In this document: positions 1 through 9,942 of the stretch, in pieces
Layout: each line of letters begins with the position of its first letter
How positions within the stretch are numbered: the stretch's first letter is position 1
Assembly: GCA_046290225.1 (NCBI GenBank)
Contig: JBKAGE010000003.1
Span: forward strand, 33,244-97,243
Reading direction: 5' to 3'
DNA length: 64,000 nucleotides
Origin: Bradymonadia bacterium
Lineage (GTDB): Bacteria; Myxococcota_A; Bradymonadia; UBA7976; UBA1532
The notes under the pieces: generated by a model
Told to the model about the DNA's origin: nothing
Database searches by the model: none
What the model saw: the letters and a program-made list of their open reading frames with translations, nothing else
Program-made: the position numbers and the translations under genes

Positions 1-1615
1 CCTCGGTCGGGAACACTACCTGGTCCTGCTCGAGCCCGTGATCTTCGATCTGGCGTCGCAGGAGATGTGCCTCGGCGATGGCGACCTTCTCGTCTTCGAT
101 GTACCCAGGCAGTTCGATCAGCTCCATGCGATCGAGCAGGGGCGCCGGGATGGTGTCCGCTCTATTGGCCGTCGTGAGAAACAAGACCTGTGACAAGTCC
201 ACAGGCACTTCCAGGTAGTGGTCACTGAAGGTGTCGTTCTGTTCGGGATCGAGGACCTCGAGCAAAGCAGACGCCGGATCCCCCCGAAAGTCGTTGCCGA
301 GTTTGTCGATCTCGTCAAGGACGAAGACTGGGTTCATCGTGCCCGCTTTTTTGAGGCCCTTGACGATGCGGCCGGGGAGAGCGCCGATGTACGTGCGACG
401 GTGCCCGCGGATCTCGGATTCGTCTTTGACCCCGCCCAGGCTGATGCGCACGAAGGTACGCCCGAGGGCTTCGGCGACGGACTTGCCCAGAGAGGTCTTG
501 CCCACACCAGGCGGTCCCACCAGACAGAGGATCGGCCCCTTCAAGTCGCCTTTGAGCTTGCGTACGGCGAGAAACTCGACGATGCGCCGCTTCACCTTGT
601 CCAGACCATGGTGATCAGCATCGAGGGTGGCGCGGGCCTCGCGAATGTCGATGGTATCCGTCGTCACTTCTGCCCAGGGCATATCGAGCAGCCAGTCCAA
701 GTAGGTTCTGGCCACTGAAGCCTCAGCGCTCTGGGGATTCATCCTGCCCAGGCGTCGGAGTGCCTTCTTCGCTGCTTTCAGTGGGGCTTCGGGCATCTGG
801 GCGTCGTGAATACGCGCAGCCAACTCGTCGAGGTCATCATCGTCGCCAAACTCTTCGCCGAGCTCTTTGCGGATCGCCTTCAGCTGCTCGCGCAGGTAGA
901 CCTCTCTCTGATGTTTGTCGAGAGAGTCACGGACCTCACTGCGGATCCGACCTGAAATTTCGAGGACTTCAGCCTCTCGTGCCAACAAGATGAGCAGGCT
1001 GCCCAGGCGGGCATTGACTGAGGTTTCTTCCAGGAGACTCTGCTTCTCCTCCTGGTTGAGGCGCATCTGGGTGATGACCAGGTCGGCGAGATGCGCTGGA
1101 TCCTCGATGCCCTCCACGACATTGAGCGCTTCGTCGGGGATCCGTGGTGAGAGGTGAATGACCCTGCCCACCATCTCCTTCATGGTGCGGATCATGGCCT
1201 CGGTTTCGGGATCCGTCGGATCGGCATCATCGAAGACGGGTTCGAGGGATGCGCGGAGATGACCATCAACCTCACGGTATTCTACGACCCGGGCCCGTGT
1301 GATGCCTTCGAGCAGCAGGTCGTGGGTGTCGTCGCTGCCCGCTGTCAGTCTGAGGATTCGAGCGATCGTGCCGAATGAGTAGAGACCGTCTATCTCGGGC
1401 TCGTCTTCTTCGGGATCTCGTTGACTGACGACGAGGACGTGGTCGCTCTCAAGCTGAGCCTGCTCCAGGGCCAGAAGGGTCTGCCTTCGACCGACCGACA
1501 AGGGAATCGGCAGGCTCGGTATGGGGAAGACCACGGCGTTCTTCACCGCGATGACCGGCATGTCGTCTGGCAAGTTCGAACGACGGTCGTCGTGGGGCGT
1601 CTGCGTGTCGTGCAT
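1..1615 (-). CDS. lon: ATP-dependent protease La (Lon), N-terminal and AAA+ part; runs off the window start
   Basis: Not in the ORF track because it is open-ended. Manual translation from ATG 1615 gives MHDTQTP...MPVIAVKNAVVFP (LON N-domain), YLREQLKAIRKELGE, Walker A GPPGVGKTSLG, EIRGHRRTYIGALPGRI and DEIDK...GDPASALLEVLDPEQN. Confidence 0.97.
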   Translation of the reverse strand, partial: MHDTQTPHDDRRSNLPDDMPVIAVKNAVVFPIPSLPIPLSVGRRQTLLALEQAQLESDHVLVVSQRDPEEDEPEIDGLYSFGTIARILRLTAGSDDTHDLLLEGITRARVVEYREVDGHLRASLEPVFDDADPTDPETEAMIRTMKEMVGRVIHLSPRIPDEALNVVEGIEDPAHLADLVITQMRLNQEEKQSLLEETSVNARLGSLLILLAREAEVLEISGRIRSEVRDSLDKHQREVYLREQLKAIRKELGEEFGDDDDLDELAARIHDAQMPEAPLKAAKKALRRLGRMNPQSAEASVARTYLDWLLDMPWAEVTTDTIDIREARATLDADHHGLDKVKRRIVEFLAVRKLKGDLKGPILCLVGPPGVGKTSLGKSVAEALGRTFVRISLGGVKDESEIRGHRRTYIGALPGRIVKGLKKAGTMNPVFVLDEIDKLGNDFRGDPASALLEVLDPEQNDTFSDHYLEVPVDLSQVLFLTTANRADTIPAPLLDRMELIELPGYIEDEKVAIAEAHLLRRQIEDHGLEQDQVVFPTE

Positions 1616-1708
1616 GAGGGCTCGGCTCTCGAGAGAATGTATACGGCGGCTTAGGGTGGGCACCGTCGAGGGAAATGCAAGGGCCTCGGGGATAATGGTG
1701 GGGTGAGA

Positions 1709-2257
1709 TCAGGGGGCGAAAGGATCGCCGAGGGTCCACCGGCGTCCCAGGCGCACGCCGATGGTGATGTAGCCAGGAAACTCGCCCTCACCCTCCATGA
1801 GCGCATGAGCGCGTACCGCAACGCCGATCGTCGTCTCCGGGCTCTGTAGCCAGTCCACTCCGACACCGACTGCAACCGACAGGCCCGAGTAGGGTGCGTC
1901 GCCTTCGGTCAAGAAATAAGTGGGAGAGACTTCGATCCACGGCACGTAGGTGAAGACATCGAGCAGATAGCGTACCCCGACGCTGGGCTGGTAAGCGGTG
2001 AAGGCCCGGTTGGCGCTGTCGTGGCGTGCGAGGGCATATCCTGCTCGGAAGCTCCACATTGCGTTGGGGGTGTAGGCGAAATCGGCAGCCCCGTACCCAC
2101 CGTCAATGCGATTGTTTTCCTGGTCCGAGATGCAGGCATAACCGAGCTCGCCGTCCAGTCGGAGGCTGCCATCTTCCTGCGCAAGTGCTGTGCTGCTCCA
2201 AGACAAAAGCGACACAGCGAAAATGGCCCGAATGAACAGGAGTGAGAAGACGTTCAT
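1709..2257 (-). CDS. Outer membrane beta-barrel protein (small, probably 8-stranded), signal peptide
   Basis: Signal peptide ending ALA-Q. Alternating hydrophobic/Gly-aromatic strands (SFRAGY, SVGVRYLLD, VGVGVDW, ITIGVRLG). ATG at 2257 chosen. Confidence 0.7.
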   Translation of the reverse strand: MNVFSLLFIRAIFAVSLLSWSSTALAQEDGSLRLDGELGYACISDQENNRIDGGYGAADFAYTPNAMWSFRAGYALARHDSANRAFTAYQPSVGVRYLLDVFTYVPWIEVSPTYFLTEGDAPYSGLSVAVGVGVDWLQSPETTIGVAVRAHALMEGEGEFPGYITIGVRLGRRWTLGDPFAP

Positions 2258-2345
2258 GCAGTGGATGCTCTGTTGCGGTCGTGGGCCCACGGGTGATCGC
2301 TGGCACGGTAGGGCCAGATGACAAGTGGGTCAAGGCGGGCCGTCG

Positions 2346-2374
2346 TTGACACCGATCGCCCTCAGTGGTAATCA
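2346..2374 (+). promoter_or_regulatory. Putative sigma70 promoter for the yfgM-bamB-like pair
   Basis: Perfect TTGACA at 2346-2351, a 17-bp spacer, then TAATCA preceded by TGG, in a divergent intergenic gap. Confidence 0.4.
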
Positions 2375-2423
2375 GCCCTGCTTCAATCTACACATCCAGA
2401 GCGCATGAGCAGGAGCCCACGCG

Positions 2424-3392
2424 GTGGTTAAGAAAATCAAGAAGCGGATCCCCAAGCAGCCCGCTGATGTTGATGCCGGCCTGAGCCCCGATGTCGCTGA
2501 TGGCGGCGTGAGTCCCAGTGATGGGGGTGATCTCGCCACGCTTGCGGCTCCGGCCACTGCCGCTGCGGCTTCCACGGCTTCTGCAGCCGTCTCTGCCTCT
2601 ACCTCAATCGTGCCCGACAGCACATCGACTGATGATGATGGGTTCGGTGATGAGGACGAGGTGCCTTCCGGCAAGCTCGATTTCGGTGACATCGCTGAAG
2701 ACGACTTCGGTCGCGCCACTGCACGTGGTCTGCAGTGGCTCGTCGAGCGCAAGGGCCTCGTCATTGGGGTGGCGCTCGCCGCGCTGGGTGCCTCCATTGG
2801 TGTCTGGTACTCCAACAGCAGCAGTGCCGCGGAGAAGGCCACCACGGCGAAGAGCTTCTTCAGTGGCACTGAGAGTTTCACTGAGGCCAATGCCCCTGCA
2901 GACAAAGACAAGCCAGTCGACACTGCCGCGCTCGTGGAGAGTGCCCGGGCTGACTTCGATCGGCTCAAGAAGGCAGGGCAGGGGACGCCCCTCGCTCAAC
3001 TGGCCGATCTGGGCCTCGCCGGCGCTGCTTTCAAGCAAGGCAAGACCAAGGATGCTGTAGACGGCTACGCCAGCGTTGCCTCCGGGTCCAAGGATCCTAT
3101 GCTCAAGGCGGTTGCCATTCACGGTCGTGCCGTGGCCTGGGAAGATGCGAAGAATTACGGCGAAGCCGTGAAGGCGTGGCAGACCCTCGCCGAGGTCGAC
3201 AAGCCAGCTTTCGGTTTGCTTTCGGGCATTCAGGTCGGCCGTCTCCTCGAGGCTGAAGGTAAGAGCGCCGAGGCCAAGACTCATTACGAGACCATGCAGA
3301 AAGATTTTGCAGAGGATCTCGAGAAGCCCGCCAACCGCTCCGTCAAAGCTGACATCGAGCGTCGGATCGCACGCCTCAAGGGCGGTGCCTGA
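2424..3392 (+). CDS. YfgM-like membrane-anchored TPR protein
   Basis: Low-complexity N-terminus, a single TM helix (GLVIGVALAALGASIGVWY) and TPR-like helices. Lies directly upstream of a BamB-like gene, the conserved yfgM-bamB order. Confidence 0.7.
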   Translation: MVKKIKKRIPKQPADVDAGLSPDVADGGVSPSDGGDLATLAAPATAAAASTASAAVSASTSIVPDSTSTDDDGFGDEDEVPSGKLDFGDIAEDDFGRATARGLQWLVERKGLVIGVALAALGASIGVWYSNSSSAAEKATTAKSFFSGTESFTEANAPADKDKPVDTAALVESARADFDRLKKAGQGTPLAQLADLGLAGAAFKQGKTKDAVDGYASVASGSKDPMLKAVAIHGRAVAWEDAKNYGEAVKAWQTLAEVDKPAFGLLSGIQVGRLLEAEGKSAEAKTHYETMQKDFAEDLEKPANRSVKADIERRIARLKGGA

Positions 3393-3397
3393 GCCTG

Positions 3398-4696
3398 ATG
3401 TTCAAAATCTCAGTCCTCGCTGGCCTTTGTTGTCTACCTTTCGGATGCGCCCGTCCGATCGGCCTCCCTGGGGACGAGCTGCCACACACAGGCAAGGCAA
3501 AGCGTCTGATGCCGACGCACCTCAGCCCAGGTTGGCGTCGCGATTTCAGCGAGGGTCGTCTCGAGACACTCAAGGGTGTTCAGCTGGCGTCACCGGCTGT
3601 TGACGTTGCACGTAACCGCCTCTGCCTGGGCACACCAGATGGCCATCTCGAGTGTATGACTGCGAGTGGTGGTCAAACCCTCTGGCGTAAACGGATCCCC
3701 CCGCGCAAGGCCGGGCAAGAAGGTACACCTCTGAATCTCGAGGCTGCAGCAGCTGTTGCCGAAGCCGAAGCAGATAAAGAGAAGATCAGGCGGACCTCGA
3801 GTCACAGCGCCATCTTCGATGGTGGACAGCTGATCGTCGGCACGGATGACGGTCTTCTGTTGTGTTTGGATTCAGCCTCTGGTGAGGAGATCTGGCGTTA
3901 CGAAGTGCCTGGTGCGCTGATTCGAAAGCCATTGCTGGTCAAGGATCGCGTGGTTTTTGTAGATGGCACCAACACTGTTTACGCCCTTGATCGGAACACC
4001 GGTGCGTGGGTCTGGCAGGTTCAACGGCCACCGCCGGCGGAGTTCGCGCTTTCGAGCGAGGGCGCGCCAGCAAGTGATGGTGAGCGCGTTTACGTCGGTT
4101 TTTCAGATGGCCACCTCGTAGCTCTGAGCCTTCAAGATGGTGCTCAGATCTGGAAGCGTGATCTGGCGCCCGAGCATGACAAGTTCGAGGATGTCGACGC
4201 GACCCCGCAGGTCATCAATGGGACTCTATATGCTGCCTCTGCGGCTTCAGCGCTCTATGCACTTGATCCCAGTACTGGTGATGTCCGGTGGACTCAACCC
4301 ATCGAAGGGATCGTAGGGCTTCACGCTTTCCAGGGTGATCTCATCGCTTCTACCGATCGTTCGACTGTGATCAGACTATCAGGCCATGACGGGAGCAGAC
4401 GATGGCGCCTGCGTTATCCTGGCGGAGCAGCAAATGAGGCTGTGACAGCTGGCCAATATGTCGTGGTGACTCTTGCAGAGATCGGTTTGCAGTTCATCAA
4501 CCCCCATACAGGGCAGCCCATACAGCGGTTCAATCCCGGTCATGGTGTGAGTGCACCGGCAACAGTGACTCCGGAAGGGCACGTTTACTTTGTCGGTGAT
4601 GGCGGGGTGCTCTACAGCCTCGTTCACAGAAAAACCGGACCTGGCCGGAGTACTCGATCCGAAGCGCCTTTTGGTCACTACGGTTTGGACAACTGA
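3398..4696 (+). CDS. BamB-like PQQ-repeat beta-propeller lipoprotein
   Basis: Lipobox-like LPFGC. Repeated 'ALD..TG...W' propeller blades (CLDSASGEEIWRY, ALDRNTGAWVWQ, ALDPSTGDVRWT) and FEDVDATP typical of BamB. Confidence 0.8.
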   Translation: MFKISVLAGLCCLPFGCARPIGLPGDELPHTGKAKRLMPTHLSPGWRRDFSEGRLETLKGVQLASPAVDVARNRLCLGTPDGHLECMTASGGQTLWRKRIPPRKAGQEGTPLNLEAAAAVAEAEADKEKIRRTSSHSAIFDGGQLIVGTDDGLLLCLDSASGEEIWRYEVPGALIRKPLLVKDRVVFVDGTNTVYALDRNTGAWVWQVQRPPPAEFALSSEGAPASDGERVYVGFSDGHLVALSLQDGAQIWKRDLAPEHDKFEDVDATPQVINGTLYAASAASALYALDPSTGDVRWTQPIEGIVGLHAFQGDLIASTDRSTVIRLSGHDGSRRWRLRYPGGAANEAVTAGQYVVVTLAEIGLQFINPHTGQPIQRFNPGHGVSAPATVTPEGHVYFVGDGGVLYSLVHRKTGPGRSTRSEAPFGHYGLDN

Positions 4697-4838
4697 TTTT
4701 TCGGTGAAAAGCAGTTGAGTAGGAGAGGGATCCTGGTTCCTTCTTCTGCTCAACCTGTCATCTAGTTTACATAATATACATTGTGCGACTTTTGGCGACG
4801 ACGGGAGAATGTCGGTCCCATTCGAGATTCTTAGGCCT

Positions 4839-6452
4839 TCAGCCCCGCGCGGACGTCTTGAGTTTACGTTGTACGTAAAGAAGTTCGCTTTGGGCCTCAG
4901 TTGCCCCAGCGTTCACTGAGAGTGCTTGTTTGAAGTACTTCTGGGCGTTCTGCCAGTCACCACGATTGCGATACAAACGACCAAGATAGATGTAAGGCTC
5001 TTCACGTGGCGGGTTCTGGTCGACGAGCTGCTTTAGTTCGGCGAACCCTCTGCTCTGAGGAGACTGAACAGCGTCTATATAGGCCATCCCGGAGAGAGCC
5101 ACGATCTCCTCTGCATTGAGCAAGAGCGCTTCCTGGAAACGACGTCGAGCCACATCGAGCTCGCCATTCTTGAGCAGTCGAGTGCCTTCCTTTACAAGAC
5201 GCTCACTCTGTAGAGCGGACTGAACCATACTCGCGGCATCTTGCCCTGGTGTGCCCATGGACAAGCTCAAGTCGTAGTTTCGCCTCTTCTCGTCATCGAT
5301 CAATACGTGGTAGGCCCGGTTGATCTCCATGAAGACCTTCTTGACCCGGCTCCTCAGCTCCTGATCAATCCCCAACCGAACAAACCGATCGAGATGAAAG
5401 TCTCGGGCCAGACTTCTGAACCTTTCACGGATCTGACCGGCTTCAGCCCCGGATTCCAAACCCATCAGCTCGTAATGATTAAGCTGACCCAGTTGGGCAT
5501 AAAGACTCTCCGCTTGCTTCAATGCTGCACGAGCAGCCTCATCAGCCTTCCGAGCCTTTCGAATCATCGCCTCACGAGGCGCCTTCGATACTGCGTTTGA
5601 TCGTGCTGGGGGCCTGGCGGCCTGTTGAGGTCCAGTCTTCGGAGCGGGCCTGACCGGGCGGCTGGAAGTTGATCCTGTAGTAGACTTCGAAGCCGGCATC
5701 TTAGGCATCACTGCTGGTCGGGGTGAAGGCGCCCTCATGCTCTGAGAAGCAGTAAAAGTGCCCAAACCGCTGATCACCAGGGTGAAAACCTGACGGATCG
5801 CCCGCTCGCCACCCCCCAAAGTCGCCAACAACTTCGAGTAGTCTGCCGGGCCATGATTGATCGCCTGGAACACGTTTGGAGACTTGAAGAGCTTGTTGAA
5901 CAGATCTTCGAGTTGATCCTGGCGAGGTCCGAGTTTCACAGCCTGATGCTGGTAGCGTTCGAGGAACAGCTGACACTGGTCCAGTGTGGCGACAAATGCA
6001 CCGGCGTGGAGCAGGACATCAGGGATCGCCAGGCGGATGTCTCCCTCAAGGCGATGAGTATCGTCGGAGCTGAATTGAAAGCGCCCGTCTTCCCAACGGA
6101 AGACATCCAACAGCCGTAAGCGATGAACCGCTGCCACGTGCTGAACGAATTCGTCTCGGCGGCCAATGACCGAGGCAATGGCATCAAGTGAAGATCCACC
6201 TGTAGCCACCCTGAAGCGGCTGATGGCTTCGCCCTGGTCTGGCGTGAGCACCCTGCCCTTTACCAGGTGGTAGATCACCCCCTCGGTCTTCACGTTCGAA
6301 GACACGTGTACAACCACCCCAGAAGAAATACGGGCCTTCTTCACCAGCCGATTGTTTTGGATCGTGAGACGCCCGCTCAGGCGCCTCTCGGCGATGATCC
6401 TGAGCACCCTGTAGATGCTCAGCGGTTCGAGTTGGCCAGCAGTCAGCCCCAT
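4839..6452 (-). CDS. DUF4388-like / J-domain / TPR protein (myxobacterial type)
   Basis: N-terminal 'SGRLTIQ...LLDVFRWEDGRFQF' (DUF4388/PATAN-like), Pro/Ala/Arg linker, J-domain NHYELMGL...FHLDRF...INRAYHVLIDDEKRRNYD and C-terminal TPRs. Confidence 0.8.
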   Translation of the reverse strand: MGLTAGQLEPLSIYRVLRIIAERRLSGRLTIQNNRLVKKARISSGVVVHVSSNVKTEGVIYHLVKGRVLTPDQGEAISRFRVATGGSSLDAIASVIGRRDEFVQHVAAVHRLRLLDVFRWEDGRFQFSSDDTHRLEGDIRLAIPDVLLHAGAFVATLDQCQLFLERYQHQAVKLGPRQDQLEDLFNKLFKSPNVFQAINHGPADYSKLLATLGGGERAIRQVFTLVISGLGTFTASQSMRAPSPRPAVMPKMPASKSTTGSTSSRPVRPAPKTGPQQAARPPARSNAVSKAPREAMIRKARKADEAARAALKQAESLYAQLGQLNHYELMGLESGAEAGQIRERFRSLARDFHLDRFVRLGIDQELRSRVKKVFMEINRAYHVLIDDEKRRNYDLSLSMGTPGQDAASMVQSALQSERLVKEGTRLLKNGELDVARRRFQEALLLNAEEIVALSGMAYIDAVQSPQSRGFAELKQLVDQNPPREEPYIYLGRLYRNRGDWQNAQKYFKQALSVNAGATEAQSELLYVQRKLKTSARG

Positions 6453-6525
6453 ACAGCCTCTGGTCTCCGCAGAGGAGACGTGATCAACCAGGGTGCGCCG
6501 CTGCCCGGAGGAAGGACGGCGACGT

Positions 6526-7677
6526 TCAATCTTCTCTCAATGCTTGAAGATGATGCTTCGCAGGCTCCAGCAACGCCTCAACGGTGCCTGCGGCGATCTT
6601 CGACCACAACGCCACAGCGAGATCCGTCTCACCCTCCAGTTCGGCGATGAGCGCATCCCTATGCCAATACCATTCGTCCTTTTGGAACCGGGTGTTGAGT
6701 CGACTGAGTCTGGATGGGTCTCTGGACCATCCATCGATCATGGCGTCCAGCGCAGCATCTGGCTCATCGTTCAACTCGAACACCGTGGCCAGTCCCATAT
6801 AACCCCAGGGGCTCTCCGGAGCGACCTCGATGGCGTCTTCGTACAACCGGCGTGCATCGACATATGCCCCACGGAGCATGGCCAGCTCGCCGAGGTTGGA
6901 CACAAGCAGACTCTCGAGCCCATCTTCTTGAGTCGTGTACTCAAGACCCCGAGCATATGCAGCCTCTGCCGATTCCAAATCTCCCCGCAAGTAATGAATC
7001 ATGCCGAGATTGTTGTGGACGTCCGCCAGTTTCGGCGACCGCTCGAGAATCTGCAAATAAAGGGCTTCGGCCTCATCGAACTCGTCACCGCTCAGATGCA
7101 CATATGCCAGGGACAGCATCCCCTCAAGAGCGCCAGGTGCTGCCTCGATATGGGCCCGGGCACTGGCCTCGGCAGTCGTGTAGTCTCCCGCTAGGCAAGC
7201 GAGCTCGGCGTGTGTGAGTAAGGCGTTCAACCACCGCTCGCGGGCCAGCTGAGCTTTCCCGGGTGCCAGCTCTATCGACTCAGCCCAATGAGCCTTCGCA
7301 AGTCTCACAAGGGTGCCAGCAGCTTTGCTCGCCCGAGCATAATCACCCAGGTGCCCTGCCCCTTTCATCACGCGCTCAGCGTACACGAACGAATGAGGCT
7401 CCAGCTCAAGGGCCTGTGCCCATGCATTCACAGCCTGGGCGGTCTCGCCATGATGGAAACGTAGATCCCCCAACAGCTTGAGGGTCTCTGGCTCACTCTG
7501 AATCTCGAGCCAGGCACCCTCGAGTACTCGCTGAGCCTCAACTCGATCACCACTGAGCAGTGCTTTCCGAGCCGCGTCGGCCATGTGGGGCTTCGCTGAC
7601 GCCGTGCCTGCGAGGGTAAGAGTCGTGAGGCAACCGAGCATCATTCGCGAGAGCTTGGACACTGTACTTCTCCGCAT
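6526..7677 (-). CDS. Secreted tetratricopeptide repeat protein
   Basis: Signal peptide (LTTLTLAGTASA) and several canonical TPRs (VHNNLGMIHYLRGDLESAEAAYARGLE). ATG 7677 chosen. Confidence 0.8.
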   Translation of the reverse strand: MRRSTVSKLSRMMLGCLTTLTLAGTASAKPHMADAARKALLSGDRVEAQRVLEGAWLEIQSEPETLKLLGDLRFHHGETAQAVNAWAQALELEPHSFVYAERVMKGAGHLGDYARASKAAGTLVRLAKAHWAESIELAPGKAQLARERWLNALLTHAELACLAGDYTTAEASARAHIEAAPGALEGMLSLAYVHLSGDEFDEAEALYLQILERSPKLADVHNNLGMIHYLRGDLESAEAAYARGLEYTTQEDGLESLLVSNLGELAMLRGAYVDARRLYEDAIEVAPESPWGYMGLATVFELNDEPDAALDAMIDGWSRDPSRLSRLNTRFQKDEWYWHRDALIAELEGETDLAVALWSKIAAGTVEALLEPAKHHLQALRED

Positions 7678-7874
7678 GGTGAGGTGGTGCCCTGCCCTAC
7701 GTGCACCGCTCGGTAAGGATCTAATCCCATGGTTGGATCGAGAGTACCCCCAGTCCCGGGTTGGGGGAAACAACACACTACGGCTTTTGCCCCTTCGCGT
7801 TCAGATGAACGGATTTCCTGAACGATTTAGGCAGACTTTCCACATCAACTTGAGTGAATTCAAGCGTTTGAGAA

Positions 7875-7889
7875 TGGAACAGACCTTGC
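7875..7889 (+). promoter_or_regulatory. Putative sigma54 (-24/-12) promoter upstream of comM/yifB
   Basis: TGGAAC-AGACC-TTGC has the exact GG-N10-GC spacing and one mismatch to TGGCAC-N5-TTGC. It is followed by RBS AGGAG and ATG 7928. Confidence 0.5.
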
Positions 7890-7927
7890 CAAACAGAGCG
7901 GCCTGTCAACCGTCAGGAGCTTTGCAA

Positions 7928-9490
7928 ATGTCCACTTCTTCCATCGCCATCGTCGCCTCAGCCGCACTGTTGGGCGTAGAGCCCAGGACCATCGAAGTCG
8001 AGGTCGATCTGAGCCCGGGCATGATGCTCTTCTCCACCGTGGGGCTGCCAGTCGGAGCAGTCGTCGAAGCTCGAACTCGGGTGAAGTCGGCGATGCAAAA
8101 CACTGGACTCCCCTTTCCTCAAAAACGTGTCGTCGTCAATCTCGCCCCCGCTCACCTGAGGAAGGAAGGCACCACATACGATCTCCCCATCGCACTGGGC
8201 ATCCTCATGGCTCAGGGAGAGATCCGAGCGGATGCCCTCGAAGGCACACTCGTCTTTGGCGAGCTTGCTCTCGATGGGCGGTTGAGAGGTGTTCGGGGTG
8301 CGCTTCCCATGGCCCTTCACGCACGTCAAAGCGGATTTCAAAGGCTCATTGCACCGATGGAAAACGCCTCGGAGATCTCCGCCGTCACAGGCATCGCGTG
8401 CCTCGGTGCCCACACGCTCTCCGAGGTACTGGATCATCTGCGTGGCGCAGCAGCACTCGAAGTCGTCTCTCCACGCACCGTCCAACATGCGCAATTCGAT
8501 GGCCAACCCGACCTGCGAGAGGTTCGAGGACAGCCCCTTGCCCGGCGAGGGCTCGAAATTGCCGCAGCAGGGGGTCATCATCTCCTCCTCATCGGCCCAC
8601 CAGGTGTGGGTAAGACCATGATCGCCCGGAGGCTCGCCTCCATCACCGCGCCCATGTCGGAGCAAGAGCGCTTGGAGTCGGCAGCAGTGGCCAGCGTCTC
8701 AGGGCATGCGGATCCTGAGTTGGCCCTTGCCGGAGTGAGGCCCTTCAGAGCCCCGCATCACAGTGCCTCCCATGTCGCTCTCGTTGGCGGTGGTAACCCG
8801 CCGCGGCCTGGTGAAGTCGCCCTTGCTCACCATGGTGTCCTGTTTCTGGACGAAATGCCCGAATTCAGCCGAAGCGCCCTCGAAGCACTCCGACAGCCGC
8901 TCGAAGATCGCCACATCACCATCTCCAGAGCATCAGGACGCCTGCGTTGGCCTGCACAGTTTTCTCTGCTGGCTTCGATGAATCCGTGTCCATGTGGATA
9001 CCTGGGTCATCCACGACGAGCTTGCGTGGATCCGCCCCATAGAATCTCCGCCTATGCTCAGAAGATCAGTGGCCCACTCCTCGACCGCCTGGACCTTCAG
9101 GTGGCGATGGAGATCCCCGACAAGGGCGCGCTGTTCGGCTCCGAGCCTGGCGAGGCGTCTTCCATCGTCGCCGAGCGGGTCGCCGAGGCATCGAGCCGCC
9201 AGCTGCATCGATGTGACCGATTGCAGATGCCTCTCACCCGAAACGCCGATCTACGCCCCGCCAAGCTGAGTATGACCTGCACGATGAGTCCCGAGGGGGC
9301 GCGATTCTTCGAACAGGTCTTCAGCACGCTCGACCTGTCACACAGGGCTCATGATCGGGTGCTGAGAGTGGCCCGAACCATCGCTGACCTCGACGGATCC
9401 ACTGATCTTGAGCCCCACCACATCGCCGAAGCCGTTCAGTTTCGACCGCTCGATCGGGATCAGGCACTCAGTGGAGGACTTCGACGATGA
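7928..9490 (+). CDS. comM: YifB/ComM family Mg-chelatase-like AAA+ ATPase
   Basis: VVVNLAPAHLRKEGTTYDLPIALGIL, GELALDG, GPPGVGKTM, RPFRAPHHSAS, PGEVALAHHGVLFLDE, MNPCPCG, RVARTIADL. RBS before ATG 7928. Confidence 0.93.
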   Translation: MSTSSIAIVASAALLGVEPRTIEVEVDLSPGMMLFSTVGLPVGAVVEARTRVKSAMQNTGLPFPQKRVVVNLAPAHLRKEGTTYDLPIALGILMAQGEIRADALEGTLVFGELALDGRLRGVRGALPMALHARQSGFQRLIAPMENASEISAVTGIACLGAHTLSEVLDHLRGAAALEVVSPRTVQHAQFDGQPDLREVRGQPLARRGLEIAAAGGHHLLLIGPPGVGKTMIARRLASITAPMSEQERLESAAVASVSGHADPELALAGVRPFRAPHHSASHVALVGGGNPPRPGEVALAHHGVLFLDEMPEFSRSALEALRQPLEDRHITISRASGRLRWPAQFSLLASMNPCPCGYLGHPRRACVDPPHRISAYAQKISGPLLDRLDLQVAMEIPDKGALFGSEPGEASSIVAERVAEASSRQLHRCDRLQMPLTRNADLRPAKLSMTCTMSPEGARFFEQVFSTLDLSHRAHDRVLRVARTIADLDGSTDLEPHHIAEAVQFRPLDRDQALSGGLRR

Positions 9491-9942
9491 ACTGGGCAGC
9501 TCACATGTGGTGGCTCTCTGCGTTTGTTCTGATGTGTCTGCCCATGATGAGAAGCCGGCGCCAGGCTCGGTCGACACCACCTGCGTGGTCCGCAGACATC
9601 ATCCTTGAGCTCGATCCCGAGTGCTTGCCTCAACCGGCTGTCTGGCTGAGAGGGCCGGGATCCCCTGATTTCTCATCAACAGCAACGGACACGCTCTGGA
9701 TGATGTTCGCGCAGGCAGACCAGGGGCCAGAGATGCTCTCCGCCCTGACGCGCCACCCATGCTTCGCCAGTATCTGTGTCGACAGCGAGTGTTTGTACTC
9801 AGCTCGATTGCCCAGTTGGCGACGAGCCTTCGCCCTCGCCGCTGGTGCGTCCACACAGGTGGTCATCCGGCTGTCGGATCCGTGGGATTTGGGCACTGTG
9901 CGATCAGTGTGCCCCACAGCGCACTTTCATGCCTCAGGTTGA
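9487..9942 (+). CDS. Hypothetical protein, N-terminal hydrophobic segment
   Basis: ATGA overlap with the comM stop; fills the gap up to convergent mutM. No recognisable motif. Confidence 0.45.
   Translation: MNWAAHMWWLSAFVLMCLPMMRSRRQARSTPPAWSADIILELDPECLPQPAVWLRGPGSPDFSSTATDTLWMMFAQADQGPEMLSALTRHPCFASICVDSECLYSARLPSWRRAFALAAGASTQVVIRLSDPWDLGTVRSVCPTAHFHASG

Noticed and set aside
3398..4696. PQQ-dependent dehydrogenase
   Set aside because: Only propeller repeats are present; size, lipobox and the yfgM-like neighbour fit BamB-like.
7583..7927. N-terminal extension of ComM in the ORF track; also a Mg-chelatase/photosynthesis reading
   Set aside because: The extension overlaps the divergent TPR gene and promoter, and the RBS supports ATG 7928. 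The motifs are YifB/ComM, not ChlI.
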